NCBI GenBank assembly: GCA_046092945.1 | Contig: JBJTEQ010000250.1 | Coordinates: forward strand, 1-42,108 | Length of the DNA stretch: 42,108 bases | Direction: 5' to 3' | DNA from: Candidatus Kapaibacterium sp. | Lineage (GTDB): Bacteria > Bacteroidota > Ignavibacteria > Kapaibacteriales > Kapaibacteriaceae | Shown here: in pieces, positions 8,246-15,828 of the stretch | Position numbering within the stretch: position 1 is the stretch's first letter | Layout of the letters: each line of letters starts with the position of its first letter | Program-made: the position numbers and the translations under genes | The notes under the pieces: generated by a model | The model's input: only the letters and a program-made list of their open reading frames with translations | What the model was told of the DNA's origin: nothing | Database searches by the model: none

Positions 8246-9187
8246 CTACTCGACAGCTGCTTCAATGAGGGAGAGTGATCCGCCCCCTGCCGACCGCAGG
8301 CGGGCCATCACACCAAACGGCAGTGTAAGCTTCTCGGTCTGATGTCCATACATCAGTCCTGACACGATCGGTCCGGATCCAATATCCAAGCGTTCCGCAA
8401 GTACGTCGTTGACCGCGCGATGCGGCGTTGTGCCGGAGGGTAACTCAGGCTGCGACCAGGAGCCATAGATGACTCCTGACGGCTGCGTCTTCTGTGTTGA
8501 CATAGCAAGGTGAACAAGCATGCGATCTATGCGATACGTTGCCTCGCCGATATCCTCCAGCGCAAGTATCGATTCTCTCAGGTTCGGCAGATAGCGCGTT
8601 CCAAGCAGACTCACCAGCACGCTCAGATTGCCCCCTAGCAGATGGCCCTGTGCATCTCCACGTCGGATTGCGTTCATCGGGTACGGCTGCTTGAGTATGC
8701 CCAGCGGACGTTTGGAGGTGAGAACGCGCCAGAATTGCTCTTCGGCAAGAGGGTGAAAACCGTCGGCCATATCAACACTTGGCATAGCCCCGCTAAAGGT
8801 CACAAGACCCGTCCGCTTCAGGATGGCAAGCTGAAGCACCGTTACGTCGCTGAACCCAACCAGGATCTTTGGATTGCGCCGGATCAAAGAAAAGTCGATG
8901 TGCTCAAGAAGACGTGCGCATCCATAACCGCCCCGCGCACAGAAGATGGCCGATACCTGCGGGTCGGTGAACATATCGTGCAGATCCGCTGCTCGCTCTT
9001 CATCCGTGCCGGCGAGATATCCCGCGTGACGAGCCAGAACATGACGTCCGAGTTTGACGTTGTAGCCCAGCGACTCGAGATAGCGAACACCGCGATCAAG
9101 ACGTGCAGGGTCGCGCTGCGGAGACGACGGCGAGATGATGCCGATCGTGGCATGTTTCGCGAGGGCTGCAGGACGAAGCATCTTCAT
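8246..9187 (-). CDS. ldcA: LD-carboxypeptidase (muramoyltetrapeptide carboxypeptidase, S66 family)
   Basis: IGIISPSSP, GYLAGTDEERAADL, AIFCARGGYGCARLL, LVGFSDVTVL (nucleophile Ser) and a C-terminal GH..E region. Confidence 0.85.
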   Translation of the reverse strand: MKMLRPAALAKHATIGIISPSSPQRDPARLDRGVRYLESLGYNVKLGRHVLARHAGYLAGTDEERAADLHDMFTDPQVSAIFCARGGYGCARLLEHIDFSLIRRNPKILVGFSDVTVLQLAILKRTGLVTFSGAMPSVDMADGFHPLAEEQFWRVLTSKRPLGILKQPYPMNAIRRGDAQGHLLGGNLSVLVSLLGTRYLPNLRESILALEDIGEATYRIDRMLVHLAMSTQKTQPSGVIYGSWSQPELPSGTTPHRAVNDVLAERLDIGSGPIVSGLMYGHQTEKLTLPFGVMARLRSAGGGSLSLIEAAVE

Positions 9188-9224
9188 GGGAACTCAAGTT
9201 GGGTAATTTGCGCTATTCCGCAAC

Positions 9225-11786
9225 ATGGTTAACCGACTCCTTTCCGCCTTTCTTCTCTTGCTCCTCGGAGCCGCGTGTCCTGATGCGTTCGCGAAGGTGT
9301 ATGGCCCGGCGGACGACATCAGCGGCGTCATCAATCGATATACGGAGGTGGTGGAGGTTATCCCATGTCTGCGAACAGTGCGCATTGCGGACCCTTCCAT
9401 TTCTCTTGCCGCAGGAGACCGGGTAGTGATGATCCAGATGAAGGGGGCTCGCATATCTGAAGCGAACGACTCTACCTTCGGAGCACTACTTGACCTCGGC
9501 GGTGCCGGCAATGTTGAATATCTGGTCGTAGAGCGCGTCAGCTCCGACTCAGTGTTCTTCACAACACCATGGGTGCATACCTACAACGTTGCAGGAGCAG
9601 TTCAGCTTGTGCGCGTTGCCGTTTACGAAGACGCTCACGTTATCTCTCCCGTTGTTCCGCAGCCATGGAACGGACGTACCGGGGGTGTTGTAGCGCTGGA
9701 TGTTACCAAGACCCTTGTTCTTGACGCAGAGATTCGCGCGTCGGGAATGGGGTTCCGCGCCGGACGCGTTTCGCAGGTCAAGGACTTCTGTGATGCCCGT
9801 AAATGGTCGTCGCCGTTCACCTCGGGTGAAGGGGGCGAAAAAGGCGAAGGCATTGTCACGTATGCACGCACGGATGACTATGCAGCGAAAGGCGCTGCAG
9901 CAAACGGTGCCGGTGGTGGAAACGGTGCCAATGCCGGCGGCGGTGGTGGTGCCAATGGCGGCAATGGTGGCAACGGTGGAGATGCGAGCGATAAGTGCAC
10001 GCCATATGCGGGAGCCGGAGGCCGCGCCGGTACAGGTTGTGCAGGGTATGTTCCCCAGCAGCGACTCTTCATGGGAGGGGGCGGCGGCGGCGGACATCAG
10101 AACGACCTGCAGGGGACGTCCGGTACCCGCGGCGGCGGAATCGTGATGATCCGCACAGGAAACATTCTTACGTCAGCTGCAACAATCGTGAGCGTAGGCG
10201 AAAGTGTTCGTGATACCTCTGCTTGGCGCAACGGAAAGGCTCTTGAGCCAGGCGATGGAGCCGGTGGTGGCGGAGCCGGTGGCAGTGTGTATCTCGAGGC
10301 GACTCGGATCATCGGTCCGGTAACAGTGAACGTTCGTGGTGGTGATGGCGGTAATGTGGGCGCACGGTATCAACCTGCCGGACCCGGTGGTGGAGGTAGC
10401 GGCGGTGTTGTTGTTCTGACCTCATCCTACCCATCGCTGACTGTTCTTGCGGCCGGCGGCAAGCCAGGTGTTCACACATCTTTCGAGACAGCGGCGAATG
10501 TGTACCGGCGTCCTTGGGGCGCAACGGCCGGTGATTCGGGAGTCATCATTTCTGCGTTCACATGGAAGACACCTTCCAACCCGCCGCTGAGCGTCAGCGG
10601 AGGTGGCTCGATCTGTGATGGGGATTCGCTGACGCTTACGGCTAGCGAGGGCTTTGCCGGATATCGATGGAGTACCGGACAAACAGGTCGCAGCATTGTC
10701 ACTCGTAGTGGAGGCCGTTATGATGTGTATGCAACCGACAGTTCGGGATGTATTCGGCCGCCAGTTGGGGCTGACGTTGTCGTCCGTTCGACGCAAGTGT
10801 TGATCGACCGTGCAATAAATTTCGGTACTACAGAGGTTGGAATTGTATTGAAGAGTTCATGCGTGATCCGAAACCTCGGGTCGGAGCGAGTATCGGTATC
10901 GTCCATCGCTGTTCCCACGGATGTGCGGCTGGTAAGCCCCTTGCCACCATTCGATATTGCGGTAGCCGACAGCATGCGCATCGAGCTGGAGTTTCTCGCT
11001 CCGCGGGTGATGGTCCACTCCGACTCAATGCAGGTAAACATCAGTGCTCCCTGTGCAGCCAGTGTAGCCTCAACGACCAATGCAACCGTGACTGGTGAGC
11101 GCGTGATGTTTCTCCTCCCGGAGGTTGCCATTGCCGGGCCGGGCTTTCCGGGTGTGGTCCCGATACGACTTCGCATGGATTCACCAACTCCACCGATTCA
11201 GGGAGCTCAGCTACGCATCGTGGTGCAGCTTGATGGAAGGTTGTTTGAGTTTGACACGATAACGCAGGGTCGGTTAGTTGGTGCGGTGATCGATCCCATA
11301 ACGTCTGCGCTGAGCATCGAAGTAGAGTTTGCCTCGATCGATGTGTCGTCGTCGGATGTGGTGATCACAGAGATCTCCGGAAAGGGCTTGCTCTCTGCAG
11401 TTTCAGAATGCCCCATCACGATAGCCCAGGCCACATGGGTGCGTTCGCAGGGTAGCCCCGTTTCGCGGGCTGACACCGGGCGTCTTACCGTTGGCTCAAG
11501 TTGTAATCGTGGTGACCGTCCGGTGCGTTTTCTTGACGATGCCGTCGTGTCCGTGCGACCAGTGCCGGCGGATGACGCGGTGCAGATCAGCGGAATACCG
11601 ATTCAGTCCACGCCGATTGTTTGGTCAATCGTGAGTACGACAGGTGAAACGATCATAAGAGGTAGCAGTGAGTCCCAATGCGAAGAGGTGTCCATCGACA
11701 TACGGGGCTGTGCTCCCGGACAGTACCTGTTGATGCTCACTTCTCATGGGTCGAGCATTCACCGTCCGTTGATCATTCAGCGCTGA
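9225..11786 (+). CDS. Glycine-rich secreted protein with Ig-like domains and T9SS C-terminal sorting domain; function unknown
   Basis: Signal peptide MVNRLLSAFLLLLLGAACPDAFA. A conserved-looking N-domain (RVVMIQMKGA ... PWNGRTGGVVAL ... GMGFRAGR ... GGEKGEGI). Poly-Gly/Asn tracts (GAGGGNGANAGGGGGANGGNGGNGG; GGGGGGGH; GDGAGGGGAGGS; GPGGGGSGG). A Cys-bracketed Ig-like module (SICDGDSLTLTASEGFAGYRWSTGQTG...YDVYATDSSGC). A C-terminal tail ending GQYLLMLTSHGSSIHRPLIIQR. Confidence 0.7.
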   Translation: MVNRLLSAFLLLLLGAACPDAFAKVYGPADDISGVINRYTEVVEVIPCLRTVRIADPSISLAAGDRVVMIQMKGARISEANDSTFGALLDLGGAGNVEYLVVERVSSDSVFFTTPWVHTYNVAGAVQLVRVAVYEDAHVISPVVPQPWNGRTGGVVALDVTKTLVLDAEIRASGMGFRAGRVSQVKDFCDARKWSSPFTSGEGGEKGEGIVTYARTDDYAAKGAAANGAGGGNGANAGGGGGANGGNGGNGGDASDKCTPYAGAGGRAGTGCAGYVPQQRLFMGGGGGGGHQNDLQGTSGTRGGGIVMIRTGNILTSAATIVSVGESVRDTSAWRNGKALEPGDGAGGGGAGGSVYLEATRIIGPVTVNVRGGDGGNVGARYQPAGPGGGGSGGVVVLTSSYPSLTVLAAGGKPGVHTSFETAANVYRRPWGATAGDSGVIISAFTWKTPSNPPLSVSGGGSICDGDSLTLTASEGFAGYRWSTGQTGRSIVTRSGGRYDVYATDSSGCIRPPVGADVVVRSTQVLIDRAINFGTTEVGIVLKSSCVIRNLGSERVSVSSIAVPTDVRLVSPLPPFDIAVADSMRIELEFLAPRVMVHSDSMQVNISAPCAASVASTTNATVTGERVMFLLPEVAIAGPGFPGVVPIRLRMDSPTPPIQGAQLRIVVQLDGRLFEFDTITQGRLVGAVIDPITSALSIEVEFASIDVSSSDVVITEISGKGLLSAVSECPITIAQATWVRSQGSPVSRADTGRLTVGSSCNRGDRPVRFLDDAVVSVRPVPADDAVQISGIPIQSTPIVWSIVSTTGETIIRGSSESQCEEVSIDIRGCAPGQYLLMLTSHGSSIHRPLIIQR

Positions 11787-13158
11787 GCGGTGATCCCGAT
11801 GTAATCGCAACATCCGGACGTGACGACAGAACAGCTCGGATGGCCTGCTGAGAGGATTCAGAGGTCCAGTCGGTGATCACCTCGGGTATGGACATGATAT
11901 GCTCCATCAACGCATCCTGCTCGCGACCAACGCGCAGTGCTTCGTTGTAGGGGATGTCACTGGAGAAGGTGACCATCGTGTAGAGCGGAATAAACTTTGA
12001 TGGATACTCTGCGTAGATCCATGCTTCGATCTTCTTGCGCCACAAAAAGCGTGGGTCGGCAACCTTATCGCGCATCTCGATGAAGTTCTCCAGAGCGAGA
12101 TCCGCAATGCCGTCGCCTGCTGGTTTACGAAGTCGTTCATATTCGCGTAAGGCCGACGCCCAATCGGTACCGTGAACATCGAGACATTCCATGAGGATCC
12201 GACAATCCTCGAATCCACAATTCATGCCCTGACCATAGAACGGCACAATAGCGTGCGCCGCATCTCCGATAAGAGCAACGCGGTCATTAAAGACCCATGG
12301 GAAGCAACGCGTCGTTACCAGCGATGCCTCCGGATTCTGCATAAAGTCATCCAACAGGCTAGGCATTAGGGGCACCGCATTTGGGAACTGTTCCATGAAG
12401 AACTGTTCGATCTCCTGACGTGTGGTGAGCTCTTCGAACGATGGTGATCCCTTGTGGGCCAGAAACAGCGTACACGTGAAGCTTCCGTCAATGTTCGGCA
12501 GTCCGATCATCATGAAGCTACGGCGCGGCCAGATATGCAGAACATTCTTCTCGAGCTGAAAGCCCCCTGCCATGTCAGGAGGTATGTGGAGCTCCTTGTA
12601 GCTGTGATCGATGTACGACTGTGAGTAGTTGAACCGATCCATGATCTGCAGACGGCTCCGCACAGCGCTGTAAGCGCCATCGGCACCGAAGAGAAGATCG
12701 CCTTCACATTGGAGCGTCACACCCGAAGCGAGCTGAAAATCCGCGCTCGCAGTAGCGATGTCAATGTTGGTACAACGAGCCTCGAAGGTGATCTCGACGC
12801 CGTTGTTTTCGGCAGCGGTAAGAAGTGTCTTGTTGAGCTCACCCCGTGACACGCTGTTGATGAACTGACCCTCTTTGCCGTACGGTTGATACGTCTGGTT
12901 GCCTGTCTGGTCGTGCATCATTCGGCCGTGCATCGGAATGGCAATAGCGCGGATCTCGTCGTCAAGCCCGGCAAGCGAAAGCGCCCGAAGACCACGATCA
13001 GACATGGCCAGGTTGATGGAACGTCCGGCAGAGATTGTCGCTGAGCGCATGTCCGGACGACGTTCAACGAGGTGGACCGAATGACCGCGCTTTGCGAGCA
13101 GCGTGGATAGCAGCGCACCAACAAGACCGCCTCCAACAACGGTTATAGACTTCTTCAT
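11773..13158 (-). CDS. kmo: Kynurenine 3-monooxygenase (FAD-dependent)
   Basis: GGGLVGALLSTLLAKRGHSVHLVERRPD (FAD fold), GRSINLAMSDRGLRAL, IPMHGRMMH, DGAYSAVRS, LIGDAAHAIVPFYGQGMNCGFEDC; length 461 aa. Confidence 0.85.
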   Translation of the reverse strand: MKKSITVVGGGLVGALLSTLLAKRGHSVHLVERRPDMRSATISAGRSINLAMSDRGLRALSLAGLDDEIRAIAIPMHGRMMHDQTGNQTYQPYGKEGQFINSVSRGELNKTLLTAAENNGVEITFEARCTNIDIATASADFQLASGVTLQCEGDLLFGADGAYSAVRSRLQIMDRFNYSQSYIDHSYKELHIPPDMAGGFQLEKNVLHIWPRRSFMMIGLPNIDGSFTCTLFLAHKGSPSFEELTTRQEIEQFFMEQFPNAVPLMPSLLDDFMQNPEASLVTTRCFPWVFNDRVALIGDAAHAIVPFYGQGMNCGFEDCRILMECLDVHGTDWASALREYERLRKPAGDGIADLALENFIEMRDKVADPRFLWRKKIEAWIYAEYPSKFIPLYTMVTFSSDIPYNEALRVGREQDALMEHIMSIPEVITDWTSESSQQAIRAVLSSRPDVAITSGSPLSAE

Positions 13159-13179
13159 TTTTCAGAACGCCTTGATGTT

Positions 13180-13761
13180 TCAGTAGGAAATGTCAAACCA
13201 CGGATCTCCAACGTCAACCCGCGACGATTCGGAAACCGAGGCGATGACCCACTCCGTGCAGGGGAGCGTGCTGTGGACCACACCGAGTTCTGTGTGGCCA
13301 ATACCCAGATGCAGTGCGTGACCATAGTTTTTAACGTCAAGCACAAATGGTTTGCCGATGGGAAGAGGAGTGAGGTTGACGGCGCGAAATTCAGAAGATT
13401 CGATGACTGTTGTATCACCGGCTATTGTGATGACGATGCCTCTCTTCTGAAAGACCGAATCGTCGTATGGGGTGGTCCGTAATTGAATCACGAGGGGGCT
13501 GGTTGAATACCGTATCAGCTCGGTCGAGAAATGTCCGTGTGTGATGCGTTCAGCACGAAGTGCAATACGTGCCGGACCTTTCATGCTGAAACCGTTTGTG
13601 TGCGTTCGTTCAACTGTGTTGGGGGGTGTGAGCACCACAGCACGAACCGGAAAGGTGAAATCTTTCTGCATCACAAAGCGTGACGTCGTGCAGCCGGCAA
13701 CAAACAGACTTGCTGAGCACAGCAGAAGCAGCACCATGTTTACACGCGACGTCATGTCCAT
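13180..13761 (-). CDS. Small lipoprotein of unknown function (beta-sandwich-like)
   Basis: Lipoprotein signal MDMTSRVNMVLLLLCSASLFVAGC. The ORF-track 5' extension (to 13944) overlaps the upstream gene and was trimmed. Start is 13761 or 13755. Confidence 0.6.
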   Translation of the reverse strand: MDMTSRVNMVLLLLCSASLFVAGCTTSRFVMQKDFTFPVRAVVLTPPNTVERTHTNGFSMKGPARIALRAERITHGHFSTELIRYSTSPLVIQLRTTPYDDSVFQKRGIVITIAGDTTVIESSEFRAVNLTPLPIGKPFVLDVKNYGHALHLGIGHTELGVVHSTLPCTEWVIASVSESSRVDVGDPWFDISY

Positions 13762-13768
13762 GCAGCCA

Positions 13769-15172
13769 TCACTCATGCGGATGTCCTTTGCCGTAGCGAA
13801 GGTTGCTGCGCGTAAACAGATGGTCAAACACTGACGCACCAATGCCGATGTAGATCGTGCCGAAGTGTGAGTCAACGATGCGTCTTCCATCGATCGAATA
13901 CCCAAAGCCTTCTCGATTCGGAACCTGAGAACCGGTGCGTCCATTGGCCCAGCCAGCAGTCAGGTGAATGGTCATCTGGTCCGCTACCGGGAAGGCTATA
14001 CGCACACCACCGTGGAAGAAGGAAGAGGGGGCGAAGTTGACCTCAGCAAACGGTTCGATGCGCATAGTCGACGTCAGTGGCATCCAGTGGTACGTTAGAC
14101 GTAGCGGTAGAATGCCAACACCAAACTCTGTTGTGCCGAGAAACATGATGTTGGCAAGCGCCGTACCGAGCGAGAGGCGATAATCCAGAAATGGCAGGGC
14201 AACGTCCGCAACGCCAATGCGGGCGGTAAGCCCCTTGATCGCCGGTGCGTCTGTACCGGTGCGACGCGGTGCAAAGAATGATCGTTCGGCTTGACTGCCG
14301 AGGATCACGAACTCGGCGGCACCGATCTCCCATGATGAGTGCTCGTGATACTTCCACTCCGTCTCGGTCTCTTCTTCCCTGTTGAGGAAGTCCATTACAG
14401 AAACGCCGAGTCCAGCATACGGGATGGTGTTGCTCTCCGTGGCCGTTCCGAGGAGATCTCCGCCAACGGCACAGCCGGCGTAGAGACGTAGGTTGACGCC
14501 GCCGATGCTGCCTACGTCAGCCGAGACCGAGGCATTGACGTACTGCGATGGGAAGATGGCAAAGGAGATCGACGGTCGAATCGCTACATAGGGAATCTTG
14601 TCGCGCAGATAGAATCGCTTGGTGATGTTTAGCACGCCGAGCCCAGACATCGAATGGTCTGCATCGGCGGCAATTCGTTCGTATCCCGTGACTCCCCACG
14701 TCCAGTTCGGGTCGTTGTTGAACCAGTCAAGCTTCCATTCCATCAGACCTAAACGAAACATGTAGCCATCAAACAGCGCCGATGTGTCGATTGCGTCGCG
14801 GTCAAGAAGGAGCTCATTGATGTCGTAGTAGAGTCCGAAAAGTCCTGTACGAGTGCTCGGTGAACCGTCGATCGAACTGCCAAGCAGACTCACTCCCTCG
14901 AAGAGACACCAGCGGATGAAGTTGGGATACTCGCGCACTGCGAGACTGTCGTGGTACGAAACCGTACGAACGCGGTTCTCTACACGCGAGCTTGGAGCAA
15001 TGACACCATTGTCGCGTTCGCCCGGAGGATTGGTGACGCGCTGCGTAACCACGGTATCAAGCGTTGTGGTGCTGTAGAGGTCGCGCTCGGTGCGAGTTAC
15101 ACTCGAGCATCCGCTCGTGAACCAGAGGGCCGCGAGCAGAAGAATGACAATACCGATTCGTTGATTGTTCAT
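13769..15172 (-). CDS. Lipoprotein of unknown function, possibly outer-membrane beta-barrel-like
   Basis: Signal MNNQRIGIVILLLAALWFTSGC (lipobox). The remainder is rich in alternating hydrophobic/aromatic beta-strand-like segments with Gly/Tyr/Phe. ATG 15172 gives an ATGA overlap with the FAH stop; ATG 15178 is an alternative. Confidence 0.6.
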   Translation of the reverse strand: MNNQRIGIVILLLAALWFTSGCSSVTRTERDLYSTTTLDTVVTQRVTNPPGERDNGVIAPSSRVENRVRTVSYHDSLAVREYPNFIRWCLFEGVSLLGSSIDGSPSTRTGLFGLYYDINELLLDRDAIDTSALFDGYMFRLGLMEWKLDWFNNDPNWTWGVTGYERIAADADHSMSGLGVLNITKRFYLRDKIPYVAIRPSISFAIFPSQYVNASVSADVGSIGGVNLRLYAGCAVGGDLLGTATESNTIPYAGLGVSVMDFLNREEETETEWKYHEHSSWEIGAAEFVILGSQAERSFFAPRRTGTDAPAIKGLTARIGVADVALPFLDYRLSLGTALANIMFLGTTEFGVGILPLRLTYHWMPLTSTMRIEPFAEVNFAPSSFFHGGVRIAFPVADQMTIHLTAGWANGRTGSQVPNREGFGYSIDGRRIVDSHFGTIYIGIGASVFDHLFTRSNLRYGKGHPHE

Positions 15173-15828
15173 TGACATGCTACCCGGAGGAGTTCGTTGC
15201 AATTGAGCGATGCGCAGAGGACGTCGCCACTTTGAATAGGTCCAACACCGCTCGGTGTGCCGGTGAAAATGCAGTCGCCGCGACGAAGTGAGAAGATTGA
15301 TGCAACAGTCGATACGAGTGACTCAACGCTCCGTTCCATGGATGCGGTAGAGTCCGACTGACGAGTGGTTCCGTTCACAGAGAGTTCAATCTGCCATGGA
15401 CCCCGTCCGCACGACGAGGCAGGGATGATCTCGCTGACCGGTGCTGAGCCCCTCCAGGATTTGGCAACCGACCAGGGATGCCCCATGCTCTTGGCCTTCG
15501 ACTGAACATCACGAGCTGTTAGGTCAAGACCAATACCAACACCGGCGATCGCATCCCATGCATCATCAGCGCTGATGTTGTCAGCATCCCGACCGATCAC
15601 AACAACAAGCTCGACTTCATGGTGGACGTCGCTGGAGAATGACGGCAGGATGATGGGTGATCCGTTGGGTCGATATGCGGCAGGGGGCTTTATGAAGATG
15701 ATCGGATCGTCCACGACAACAGCTCCCATTTCACGCGCATGATCGGCATAGTTTCTTCCGATGCAGTACATCGTCCCAACAGGGAGTTTCTGACCATCAG
15801 TGAACTGCCATGTGTGATCTGGTATCAT
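15169..15828 (-). CDS. Fumarylacetoacetate hydrolase (FAH) family protein
   Basis: CIGRNYADHAREMG, PIIFIKPP, HHEVELVVVIG, DLTARDVQ and GTPSGVG motifs typical of the FAH/HpcE-like fold. Confidence 0.85.
   Translation of the reverse strand: MIPDHTWQFTDGQKLPVGTMYCIGRNYADHAREMGAVVVDDPIIFIKPPAAYRPNGSPIILPSFSSDVHHEVELVVVIGRDADNISADDAWDAIAGVGIGLDLTARDVQSKAKSMGHPWSVAKSWRGSAPVSEIIPASSCGRGPWQIELSVNGTTRQSDSTASMERSVESLVSTVASIFSLRRGDCIFTGTPSGVGPIQSGDVLCASLNCNELLRVACQ

Noticed and set aside
9549-10524. Cluster of ORFs on both strands (e.g. 9549..10097 minus, 9700..10146 plus, 9878..10072 minus) in the Gly-rich region
   Set aside because: These are by-products of GGN/GCC low-complexity repeats, which are open in several frames. 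Only the 9225..11786 frame has a signal peptide, structured domains and a T9SS tail.
13762-13944. 5' extension of the small lipoprotein ORF into the upstream lipoprotein gene
   Set aside because: The lipoprotein signal starts at internal Met codons (13761 or 13755), immediately after the upstream stop at 13769..13771.
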